From: Eledone cirrhosa
Lineage: Eukaryota
DNA length: 64,000 nt
NCBI GenBank assembly: GCA_964016885.1
Contig: OZ024758.1
Coordinates: 9,672,001-9,736,000 of the forward strand
Direction: 5' to 3'
Shown: in pieces, positions 27,033 to 39,222 of the stretch
How positions within the stretch are numbered: the stretch's first letter is position 1
How the letters are laid out: each line of letters begins with the position of its first letter
Made by a program: the position numbers and the translations under genes
The notes under the pieces: model-generated
Seen by the model: the letters and a program-made list of their open reading frames with translations, nothing else
Told to the model about the DNA's origin: nothing
The model's database searches: none

Positions 27033-27074
<42 letters not shown>

Positions 27075-27880
27075 ATACACATGCACACACACATATTCTC
27101 TCATACTTTTATCGATTTGGTAATATAGACTAAATCGTCTGCAAGTTCCAATGGACAGTTTTAAACTCCTCTCTTATAGCCTGGAGGACTATGATGAACA
27201 ACAGGTTAAGAACTGAACTTTGATGAACTTTTACTTGTACCTTGAATTCCTAACTAAACTCCCTTCCTACACATGACTGACACTGTTCTCACAAGCCATT
27301 CTTCTACACCTAATTTCCTTAACGACCACCAATAATATATATCATCATCATCATCGTTTAACGTCCATATTCAACGCTTGCATGGGTTTGGAACTCAAAT
27401 ATATATATATATATATATATATATACTAGCCCGATTGGGAACCTTTTCACCATGTCTCCTACACGGCCACCTTACAGTCTGGACTGCTGTGTCATCGACA
27501 CAGTGGATGGAACGGGAGAGGGAGGGTGGGGCGGGGTGTGATGGTGGGGGGGTGTACAGTGAGTTAAGAGGTGCCTACTGACTGTAGGTTTGTATGCAAC
27601 GGTAGTCGGGTCTTCTGAACAACTGCATGGCGCCGAAGGTCTCGATCCAGTGTCATTGTTTTAGAGAAGTGTAGGTGGGCAATATATCATCATCATCATC
27701 ATCATCAGCATCATCATCATCATCGTTTAACGTCCATCTTCCACGCTTGCATGGGTTTGGACGGGAATTTTCCCACTTGATGCAAGACTGGTTGTCTTGC
27801 TTGCATAGGACTGTCTGGCGGGTTTTCTACGGCTGGATGCCCTTCCTAACACACACACACATATATATATATATATCATG

Positions 27881-27931
<51 letters not shown>

Positions 27932-27959
27932 TGTATATATATATATATATATATATACA

Positions 27960-28184
27960 TGCTCACCGACATCCAGAGTTGACATTGCACTCAGTGCTCC
28001 TTTGGGAGCCCCTACATGGACACACTAGAAGAGGAAGACCAAGGTTAACATATGTTGATGCCCTAAGGACAGACACTGGTCTGTTGGAGATGCAGGATAT
28101 GGCAGCGATAATGAGGAACAGAGACCGCTGGAGAGAACTCGTCCATGGATCTCGAGAATTTTACCCGCCTTAGATAGATAGATG
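27960..28184 (+). mobile_element. LINE (RTE-like) 3' fragment
   Basis: VLLWEP.HG..RRGRPRLTYVD.L..DTG......M.NRDRWR, then a (TAGA)n tail. Confidence 0.8.
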
Positions 28185-28303
28185 TATATATATATAGTAT
28201 ATATATGATATAATGTATATATATATATATCATTAAACTAATATATTCCTTCCATATACTGTACCGATTGTGTTATTTCGGTTTACCTTTTACATACACA
28301 CAC

Positions 28304-28365
<62 letters not shown>

Positions 28366-29462
28366 CAAAGGAATTGTGTTAAGGAACCAGATGGACCATA
28401 ACACACCAGAGTACTCAATACTTAGGGTAGTAGAGTGGGAAATAGGAAAAAAATATGACCTCGACGGCAGAGCTCAAGCCGTTTCGATGGCTATTTCTGG
28501 ACCCAGAAATAGCTGTCAAAACGGCTTGAGCTCTGCCGTCGGGGTCATACTTTTTCCTATATATATATATATATATATATGAGGAGAAGTAAATAAAGGA
28601 GAACAAACCGTTAAAATATTTAACACTGCCGCCACTAGTATTGAGCATCCTCTGCACATGATATTGGCAAATAACCACAAGTATCGCCTATCCCTCCTCT
28701 CTCTCTCGATATGTAAATATTCTATATATATATATATATAATACAGTAAAGCGAGACAAACACAGATATATATATACATGTGTTCAAATCACAAGGGACA
28801 CAAACTGAAGAAAATACTGACTAAAGATAATACAGTTCACAAAACTCAATTAAAAGGACAAATTAAACATTTTTTTCTTTGCTCTAATTTGATTATAAGG
28901 AACTATTGTGAGTTTTTAACTCAATATATACTTTTGATATATATCTATAATTAAATAGAGTATGTTAGTTTATCACCGATACTTTAGTATGCAAGGTAAA
29001 GCACTCAACAATGTACACAAGTGGGTCTGTTTATATACATGGTACAAGTCAACAGGTTATAGTTCACTTTGTTTATTCATAATCATTGTTATATATATTT
29101 TGGTGATAATTAGTTATGAAGTCATCAGACAGTTATCACTGAAATATATATAACAGAGATTATGAATAAACAAAGTGAATTATAATCTGTTGACTTGTAC
29201 TTCATGTTTATATCATCATCATCATCATACTGTCGCTTAACGTCCAACTTCCACGCTAGCATAGGTTAGAGAGGCTTGTCCTATTTAGAGGCAAGTTAAG
29301 TCGGGTGACCATGTCTTGCTCATACGGGACTGTTTCTGGCTGGTTTTCTACGGCTGGATGCCCTTCCTAGTGCCAACCACATTTACAGTGTGGGCTGGGT
29401 GCTTTTTGTTGTGACACCTATATGACCACTTTACAGAGTGGGGTGGATGTTTTGTGGTACCA

Positions 29463-29565
<103 letters not shown>

Positions 29566-30465
29566 TATATCATGATAATGATATATATATATATATATAC
29601 ACACACATATATATATCATGATTATGATATATATATATATATATATATTCCACGCTAGCATGGGTTAGAGGGGTTGTCCTGTTGTGGGCAATGCTAGGTC
29701 AGGTGAACATGTCTTGCTCATACAGAACTGATTTTGGCTTGCCTTCTACAGCTGGATGCCCTTCCTAAGGCCAGCCTCATTTACAGTGAGTACTGGGTGC
29801 TTTTTCTCGAGACATCTACACGACCACTTTACAGTGTGGGCTGATTAGGGACTGGGTAAATCTAGATGAGATGCAGTTTAGGTTTGTACCAGGCATGTAT
29901 AATGTTTTATTAACTTCTTTCATTGTAAACATAGGTCATTGTTTTTCAACCTTACTCTTTCTCTCTCTGTACATCTCTTACTCTTGTTGCTCCACCTTTT
30001 CTTTCTCTCTATAATATTTACTCTCTTTTACTCTTTTTCTCTCACACACATGCACATACATATACCAATGTATACAAATACATCAGATCACCAACTCTTG
30101 GCTAGAAAATGATAAACATAGCAGGCAATCCTCTGTCAAACACATTCACTAACGTAGAAATAGCAGTCAAAATAATCCTCAAGTCAAATAACGTCTCCTG
30201 ATGACTTTAAATAGCAACGAAAATATTTTAATACGTATCGCTACAATATTTCAATTAAACACATGCAATATTAAAAAATTATTTAAAATAAAACAAAATA
30301 AAAGAGCAATAAGTAATAAAAAATTACAGGGAAATAATTCATAAAGAAATATTTGAACGAGTAGTTTCCCTTTGAGAATCATTTCACAAACTACGCAATC
30401 GGCCAGCAAGCCGCATTAGAAAACCCGCCCGACCAGCCAGCCTGCTGGTCACTCACCAATTGCCC

Positions 30466-30586
30466 ATATATATATATGTATATATATATATATGTATATA
30501 AGTATATTTATATATGTATATATGTATATATATATATGTATATATATATATGTATATATATATGTATATATATACGTATATATATG

Positions 30587-30617
<31 letters not shown>

Positions 30618-30783
30618 GTATGGCCTTATATATATATACATATATATATATATACGTATATATATACATGTGTATATATATATATATATACATATAAGTA
30701 TGTATATGTATATATATAAATATACACATGTATGTATATATATAAGGCCATACATATATATATATATATACATATATATATAC

Positions 30784-30816
<33 letters not shown>

Positions 30817-30823
30817 CATACAT

Positions 30824-30856
<33 letters not shown>

Positions 30857-31108
30857 TATATACATATATATATATAAACATATATATATATATACATATA
30901 TATATATACATATACATATATACATATATATATGTATATATATATACATATATATATATGTATATGTATATGTATATACATACATATGTACATATATATA
31001 TATATGTACATGTATATGTATATTTATATATACATACGTATATATATATATGTATATGTATGTATATATGTATATACATTACACATATGTATATATATGT
31101 GTATATGT

Positions 31109-31140
<32 letters not shown>

Positions 31141-31383
31141 GTATATATATATGTATATATATTTATATGTATATATATATATACATATATATATACATAT
31201 GTATAAATATATACATATACATATATATATACATATGTATAAATTTATACATATACATATATATATATATACATATGTATATATATATATACATATGTAT
31301 ATATATATACATATACATATACATATGTATATATATATACATATACAAATTTATATATACAAATGTACATATATATATATATA
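30466..31383. repeat. Long degenerate (TA)n tract
   Basis: Alternating purine-pyrimidine sequence for about 920 bp. Confidence 0.95.
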
Positions 31384-31729
31384 ATAATGGAGCTGCGGCA
31401 CTGAAAATGGGTTACATATGAAAAAGTTTGTCCTCATCAGTGGCCTTCCAACCGTCGTAGGCATTTCGTCGCATTAAAGGCCATATACCTCAGGTTGGTG
31501 CGAGCAACGGCTAAAAAAAGTCGTTGGGACACGTAAATAAAGGGGACGCTAGGGTAAACAGACAAAATGGTTTAAGCAGCAGAAAGTGATGAAGAAGGAA
31601 ACAAGTCCCAGATTTTTATGAATATAAATTCGGTGGAATCGTGAACGAGAGAATAAAGACCATCAAACCTGGTTGAAATGTGAGCAAGGAAGGAATTTCG
31701 CACAGGTCTAACGGAAGGAAGAAGGGGTC

Positions 31730-31731
<2 letters not shown>

Positions 31732-31776
<45 letters not shown>

Positions 31777-31918
31777 AACACACACACATATATATATAGA
31801 CATATATATAGACACACACACACATATATATATATAGACACACACACACATTTATATATAGACACACACACACACATATATATATATACATATATAGACA
31901 CACACACACACACACATG

Positions 31919-31952
<34 letters not shown>

Positions 31953-33747
31953 CATATATATATATGTAGACATATATATACATATATATAGACACACACA
32001 CATATATATATATAGATATATATAGACACACATATATAAAGACACACACACATATACATGTGTGTGTGTATATACATGTGTGTGTGTATATACATACACA
32101 CACACACACACATATGTGTGTGTGTGTATATACACAGACACACACATGTGTGTGTGTGTGTGAGTGTGTATATACACACACACGTGTGTGTGTGTGTGTG
32201 TGTGTATATACATACACACACACACAAACGTGTGTGTGTGTGCATATACATACACACACACACACATGTGTGTGTCTGTGTATATACATACACACACACA
32301 TACACACACGTGTGTGTGTGTGTGTATATACATACACACACACGCGCGTGTGTGTGTGTGTGTATGTATATACACACACACATACATGTGTGTGTGTGTG
32401 TGTATATACATACGCACACACACACACATGTGTGTGGTTTAGGGTTAGGGTTAGGGTTAGGGTTACGGTTAGGGTTATATATATACCCTAACCCTATGTG
32501 TGTGTATATACATGTGTGTGTGTATATACATACACACACACACACACACACATGTGTGTGTGTGTATATACACACACACATGTGTGTGTGTGTACATACA
32601 CAGACACACACATGTGTGTGTGTGAGTGTGTATATACACACACACACACATGTGTGTGTGTGTATGTATATACACACACGTGTGTGTGTGTGTATATTTA
32701 TATACACACACACACACACACATGTGTGTGTATATACACGTGTGTATATATATGTGTGTATATATACGTGTGTATATATATGTGTGTATACACACACACA
32801 CGTGTGTGTATGTATATACACACACACACACACACACACGTGTGTGTATGTGTATATACATACACACACGTGTGTGTGTGTATACACACATATATATACA
32901 CACGTATATATACACACGTGTATATACACACACATGTGTGTGTGTGTGTATATAAATATACACACACACACACGTGTGTGTATATACATACACACACACA
33001 CACACATGTGTGTGTGTATATACATATACACACACACACACACATGTGTGTGTGTATATACATACGCACACACACACACATGTGTGTGTGTCTGTGTATA
33101 TACATACACACACACACACTCATGTGTGTGTGTGTGTGTATATACACACGTATGTGTGTGTGTGTATATGTGTGTATGTGTGTGTATATACATGTGTGTA
33201 TATATGTATATACATACACACACATTTGTGTGTGTGTGTGTATATATGTATATACACACACACATGTGTGTGTATATGTATATACACACACATACACACA
33301 TGTGTGTGTGTGTCTGTGTATGTATATACACACACACACGCGCGTGCGTGCGTATATACATACACACACGCGCGCGCGCGTATATACATACACGCGCGCG
33401 CGCGTGTGTACATACGCGTGTGTGTGTGTGTGTGTATACATACACATACACACGTGTGTGTGTGTGTGTATATACACACACACACGCGTACGTGTATGTA
33501 TATACACACACACACACACACACGTTTGTGTGTGTGTGTGTACATACACACACGCGTGCGTGTGTGTATGTTTACACACACACACGCCCGCGCGCGTGTA
33601 TACACACACACGCGCGCATATACACACACACACGAGCATATATACACACACACGCGCGTGTGCGTGTACATATGTGTGTGTCTATGTATATAGACATACA
33701 CATATGTGTGTATATGTATAGACACACACACATGTATAGATATATAT
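31732..33747. repeat. Compound (CA)/(TG)/(TA)/(CG) microsatellite, about 2 kb
   Basis: Alternating purine-pyrimidine blocks in both orientations. Confidence 0.95.
32439..32496. repeat. Interstitial telomeric repeat with inversion
   Basis: (TTAGGG)4 TTACGG TTAGGG TTA (TA)n CCCTAACCCTA. Confidence 0.85.
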
Positions 33748-34833
33748 AATAATGAAATTATTGTGTACAGTGCTCAGGTGCACTACAACTCATCAAAGGT
33801 GCATGCACAGCACACAGAACAATGTACAAACGTCAGGAAAATAAACAGTGCATGAGTCGTGATATAATAACAATAACAATAATGAAATATTGTGCACAGT
33901 GCCCAGGTGCACCACAACCCATCAAAAAAGTGCATGTACAGTACATAGGGCAATGCACAAACATCAGTAAAATGAACAGTGCACACATGTGTGCATGTGT
34001 ATGGAAGGGGCACATCAGGTGTAGTTTTGGCGTATTTCGGGAAGCATGAGTGTCTTAAAGGATGCAGTGTCTCGGCAGCTAACAATTGACGCAGGCAGTT
34101 TGTTCCATGTTTCAGCAACTCTGAGCGTGAAAAAATGTCTGCGAAAGTCATGGGAGCTGTGCTGTTTTCTTATCTTGTAGGCATGTCCACGTGTGTTAGA
34201 CACATGGAGATCAAAGAGGCGCTCAGGGTTGCAGTTGGCGAGATGGTTAAAAACTTTGTGGGTATTCACCAAGTCCACTGCCAGACGTCGGAGCTTCAAT
34301 GAATCCATGCCCAGGGAAGCAAGGCGTTCAGAGTATGGTAGGTGTCTGATGGAGGGTATGCGCTTGGTTGCACGTCTCTGAACAGTTTCCAGGAGGTCAA
34401 TGTTCCGAGCAAGATAGGGGTTCCAGACTGATGATGCGAATTCCAAGTGTGGTCGCACCATAGCTGTATACAGTTTTAAATAGATGGCTGGAGAGCGGCT
34501 AACAAAGGTCTTGCTGAGTGATGCCAAGACACCCTCGGCCTTCTTGACAATCTTAGAGACATGCTTTGTCCAACGCAAATCGTTGCTGACAGTAATGCCT
34601 AGGTCACGTTCACAAGAGGACTTTTTGATGTCAGTGTTGTGGAGGGAGTATGTGGACGCTGGATTTTTCCTTCCAAAATGCATGGTGGTACACTTGTCCA
34701 CAGCCAGCTTCAGTTGCCAGTCTGTGATCCATTGCTGCATTGTGTCCAGGTCTGATTGTAGGAAAGAGTTGTAAATTTCAGGATCAGTCCTTTTGATTTC
34801 AAGGTACAGCTTGATGTCATCTGCATATTTTAG
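33748..34833 (-). mobile_element. 5'-truncated CR1-clade LINE, same family as 35412-39460
   Basis: ORF 34015..34740 closely matches the ORF2 C-terminus. Begins just upstream of KYADDIKLY. 3' terminal motif present twice (about 33750-33800 and 33881-33930). Confidence 0.92.
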
Positions 34834-35411
34834 TAAAACAAATCACTACATCCCTTAAGGATCGCAGTAAGTACTCCACAAAATATATAAACAACAACAT
34901 ACACACAGATTTATATACAGATATATACCATATGCATATACACACACACGTGAAAAGAAACCACACTATTTCGTGTGAGACACTTATACCGGCCAATTTT
35001 ACCAATTTACATTGGTAAAATATTTCTTAACATTGACTTCGCTTCTAACCCACATACACCTTTTAATTATATATATATACTAGCAGCTGAAAGTTAATAA
35101 TTTGAAAAAAAATATTATTGAAAGTTTACTATCTTTATAGTAAACTTTCAATAATATTTTTTCAGGGGAAAAAAACAAAACAAAAAAAAACGTTATTTCG
35201 CTGTTAATAAACAACTGCCTTCTACAGTACGTTTCATTTAACTTACGCAGCATATTTATTTGTTTACATGCACAGATTCTTCTGTACACACACAACATTT
35301 AGGAAAACGGAAACAAAATACACAAAAAAACAAAACAAAAAAACAGACATTTTATTTCTATAGTAATCAAGTGCGCTAAACCTATATTGTTTACATTGTG
35401 TTTTTCTACGG

Positions 35412-36551
35412 ATGGGTAGAAATAACAAACCTGCCATATCTGTACGGAACCGGAAAACTCGTTCCGTAATCGTTGGGTCGAATGTGGAACCTGTCGCATC
35501 TCTGTCTGCCTTCAATGTGCCACAGGCTTCCGGAAGATCCCAGGCCAAAATAAGAAACATCATATTGCTACGATGGATAGACTCTGGGAGATGGTCCAGC
35601 TAACAAACTGGTCCTTTCAGTGCCTGGACTGTATGCCTGCTTCTCCCATTGCTGCGGAACAACAACAACAACAAAGACCGAAGATCGTGTCTTCTACCAT
35701 TGTTCCTGAACTACAACAACAAAAACCGAGGATCGTGTCTTCCTCTACCATTGTCCATGAACAACAGCAAAAACCAACGACCGTAGCTTCTGCTACTACC
35801 GCCGTTGAAGGACTTCATCAACAACAGCAACCCATGTCTTCCTCACCCGTTACTTTTCAACAACAACAACCGACGACTGTGTCTTCTACCATTCCTGTTG
35901 AAGGAGAAGAACAACAACAATACGGAGTTTGAGGAAATACGGCAAATGATTTCCGCTTTAAGTCAAGAAATAGCGGAAATAAAATCAAGCGTTCGTGTAG
36001 AACCCCACAATGAGGGATCTTACCGGAGTGCCTTGTTAAAAAATCTCCGCGTACCTCATGTTGAACCTAGACGCATTGAGAATGCCACTGAATCTGCAAA
36101 CCACGAAGTGATTGCCATTGGTGCGCCGGAAGACATAGTTGATCTTCAGGCATTTGCTGCCAGTTCATCCAAAGACCTGGGCTGTGCTCCCGCAAAGGGT
36201 GCTCTACGCCTTGGCCGACCAGGCCCGAAACCCAGGTTAATTAGACTGTCGTTTTCAAACTCAACTGAGGCACGTTCATACCTTGTAGCCTCTGATAAAG
36301 CTAGGCGTGAAAGTCGGATTGCTTTCCGAACACGTCCTGGTCTTCCACCTGATGTCTGCCCAAAGTTGCGTGCTGCAGCTTCCCTAAACCGCAACTCGGC
36401 AGAACATGAAAGCTTCAGCCTACGAGATGATGGGCAGATATGGAAGTTTGTTAAGGCTGGCGAATCATGGAAAAGAGACACCAGCTGGTCTGAAAACACT
36501 GTACCCACAACAACTGACAATAAAGAAACTGAAAAAACTCTGGGAAACTAA
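35412..36551 (+). pseudogene. LINE ORF1 (PHD finger, Gln-rich repeats, coiled coil), two apparent frameshifts
   Basis: The frame of ORF 35573 read from 35432 gives CHIC...WVECGTC...CLQC...WSFQCLDC. ORF 35805-36551 carries a RLGR..P.PRLI motif and ends LGN-stop. Confidence 0.8.
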
Positions 36552-39222
36552 ATCAGACAACCTGCCATCCCCTGCACATAATCATAGACTGGAATCAAAG
36601 TACAAACTGTTGTCCTTGAATGCACGTAGTCTATGCAATAAGATTCATCTTTTTGACTCCTACGTCAAAAGTATCAACCCGGACTTCATTACAGTCACGG
36701 AAACTTGGGCACATCCCTTACTCTGTGATGGGGTTTTCAGCATGACTGGCTACAACCTGTTTCGTAAAGACCGTATTAATCGTCGTCGTGGTGGTGTAAT
36801 GGTCTACGTTCGGTCAAATCTGTCGGCAATTCCTTGTGCTGATTTGAACCAATCACAGCAGGAAGTTTTTTTCTGCGATATACGTATGACCATGTCAACA
36901 CTGCTACTTGGAGTCGTTTACCGTCCCCCAAATTACCATCAGGACACTCAACTTTGTGATATCCTCAGAGCTGCTGCCAGGAAGACAGCCACTTATGTTT
37001 TCATTGCAGGTGACTTCAATCACCCTGAGATTGACTGGGAGACCTTTCGTTGGCCGCCAAGTGCAAATGACTTCCTTGAGCTGGACTCGACTTGGTCCCA
37101 GGTGGTCACCTCCCCAACGAGAGGTGACAACACTTTGGACCTACTCTTCACCACTACTCCTGAAACGGTCATTAGTGTTACTGCTGAGGAACCTTTAGGT
37201 GACTCTGATCATGCTATGATCATTGCCAATCTATCCCTCATGGGCAGTAACAAGAACCACAACCATCTCCAAACTGCTCACTTTGACTGGAATAAAGCAG
37301 ACTGGAACTGTTACTGCACCGAGTTGCAACGGCCAAACTGGCTTGAGTTCTATGACTCTGGAGATGTCAACACTGTACTCCAGAACATCCTGAGCTCAAT
37401 ATGGACAGCATGTGCAGCATCGGTGCCACGTAAGCGGAAAAAACATCCCAAAAGCGCAATTTGGGAGACTGCAGCAGTCCGTCTTGCCAGAAAAGAACGG
37501 CGCAATGCTGAACGTGAGTACAAACTTCACAAATCAGACATTAATAGGAAGAGGCGAAATAGATCGTCCAACCACCTCAAACAGGTGACAAAAAAGGCAG
37601 TGCTTCAATTTGAGCAGCGCATAGCAACCAGCCCTGACAGTAAGGTGTTCTGGAAGTATGTTCACTCAAAGCAGAGGCCTCACTCTCCAGTTGGTCCTCT
37701 TCGCAATCCCCACACAAGCCAGGTTACTGACGACCCCAAGGAATGCGCAGAGCTCATTGCTGAATGCTATGCAGGCATTTTCACCATTGAAGACCAGAGT
37801 GTACCATCTCCACCACCTATGACACCGGACTCTATTACAACCATGGAATTTACACCTGCAATGCTGCGACGTCACCTAAAAAATAAACGCAACCATGCCT
37901 CTCCTGGTCTTGATGGTGTTACGTACCTGCTTCTTAAACGTGGTGGGTACTTCCTTCTACACCAGTTATCACGCTTCTTTCAATTCTGTCTGAACAACAG
38001 TGCTACTCCAGAACAGTGGAAAACTGCCAGTGTCATTCCTCTGTTCAAAAAGGGTGACCGCACATCACCTGTGAACTATCGTCCAGTCAGTCTTACTAGT
38101 TGCATCACCAAACTGATGGAATCCTGTGTCAGAGAAACACTTTGGAACTTCTGGAGCTCTCACAGTCTTATCCGGCCCTCGCAATTTGGATTTATCCCCA
38201 ACTCCAGTGATCAACTTATAGAGTTTCTTGAGGACATCACCCGGATCACTGATGGCGGCTCATGGGTGGATGTTGTTTACCTTGACTTTGCGAAGGCCTT
38301 CAAGTCTGTGCCACACAAAAGGCTTATGGCAAAACTCTCTGCAATGGGTGTGAAGGATGATCTTTTTAACTGGTTGAAGTCCTTCATTCTCAGTCGAAGA
38401 GAGGTAGTCACGGTTCTGGGACAGCATTCCTCACCATATGAGATGTCATCTGGTGTACCTCAGGGATCTGTTCTTGGCCCCCTTTTGTTTGTGGCACATA
38501 TTAATGACATAGATGCCAACTTAAGGAATGCCACAATACTAAAGTACGCAGACGACATCAAGCTGTACCTTGAGATAAAAAGGACAGATCCTGAACACTA
38601 TAGATCTTGCTTGCAGCCTGACCTGGACACAATGCAACAGTGGATCTCAGACTGGCAACTCAAGCTAGCTGTGGACAAGTGCACCACCATGCATTTTGGG
38701 AGTAAAAACCCAGCGTCCACATACTCCCTCCACAGCACTAATATCAAGAAGTCTTCCTGTGAACGTGACCTGGGCATTACGGTCAGCAGCGATTTGCGTT
38801 GGACGAGGCACGTCTCTAAAATTGTCAAGAGGGCCGAGGGTGTCTTAGCATCACTCAGCAAGACCTTTGTCAGCCGCTCTCCAGATATCTATTTAAGGCT
38901 GTATACAGCTATGGTGCGACCACACTTAGAATTTGCATCACCAGTCTGGAACCCCTATCTTGCTCAGGACATTGACCGTCTGGAAACTGTTCAGAGACGT
39001 GCAACCAAGCGAATACCCTCCATCAGGCATCTACCATACTCTGAGCGCCTTGCTTCCCTGGGCATGGATTCATTGAAGCTCCGATGCCTGGCAACTGACT
39101 TGGTAAACACCCACAAAATTGTTAACCATGTTACCAACAACAACCCTGAGTACCTTTTCGATTTCCATGTGTCTAACACACGTGGACATGCCCACAAAGT
39201 AAGAAAACAGCAGTTCCCATGA
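36406..39222 (+). CDS. LINE ORF2: APE endonuclease plus reverse transcriptase
   Basis: SLNARS, TETW, GDFN, LDL and SDH (APE). NYRPVSLTS, YLDFAKAF, QGSVLGP and YADD (RT). Frameshift near 39213 relative to the inverted copy. True start probably near the ORF1 stop. Confidence 0.93.
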   Translation: MKASAYEMMGRYGSLLRLANHGKETPAGLKTLYPQQLTIKKLKKLWETKSDNLPSPAHNHRLESKYKLLSLNARSLCNKIHLFDSYVKSINPDFITVTETWAHPLLCDGVFSMTGYNLFRKDRINRRRGGVMVYVRSNLSAIPCADLNQSQQEVFFCDIRMTMSTLLLGVVYRPPNYHQDTQLCDILRAAARKTATYVFIAGDFNHPEIDWETFRWPPSANDFLELDSTWSQVVTSPTRGDNTLDLLFTTTPETVISVTAEEPLGDSDHAMIIANLSLMGSNKNHNHLQTAHFDWNKADWNCYCTELQRPNWLEFYDSGDVNTVLQNILSSIWTACAASVPRKRKKHPKSAIWETAAVRLARKERRNAEREYKLHKSDINRKRRNRSSNHLKQVTKKAVLQFEQRIATSPDSKVFWKYVHSKQRPHSPVGPLRNPHTSQVTDDPKECAELIAECYAGIFTIEDQSVPSPPPMTPDSITTMEFTPAMLRRHLKNKRNHASPGLDGVTYLLLKRGGYFLLHQLSRFFQFCLNNSATPEQWKTASVIPLFKKGDRTSPVNYRPVSLTSCITKLMESCVRETLWNFWSSHSLIRPSQFGFIPNSSDQLIEFLEDITRITDGGSWVDVVYLDFAKAFKSVPHKRLMAKLSAMGVKDDLFNWLKSFILSRREVVTVLGQHSSPYEMSSGVPQGSVLGPLLFVAHINDIDANLRNATILKYADDIKLYLEIKRTDPEHYRSCLQPDLDTMQQWISDWQLKLAVDKCTTMHFGSKNPASTYSLHSTNIKKSSCERDLGITVSSDLRWTRHVSKIVKRAEGVLASLSKTFVSRSPDIYLRLYTAMVRPHLEFASPVWNPYLAQDIDRLETVQRRATKRIPSIRHLPYSERLASLGMDSLKLRCLATDLVNTHKIVNHVTNNNPEYLFDFHVSNTRGHAHKVRKQQFP

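Noticed and set aside
30190-30235. CTGATGA...GAAA hammerhead candidate
   Set aside because: No convincing stem I or stem II.
31420-31475. Type II hammerhead on the minus strand (GAAA...CTGATGA)
   Set aside because: Stem II arms do not pair and there is no room for stem I.
30453-33749. Long ORFs of up to 645 aa (IY/HT/CV-rich)
   Set aside because: Stop-free translations of dinucleotide microsatellites on both strands. The same applies to ORFs at 970-1623, 18832-19834 and 55000-55873.
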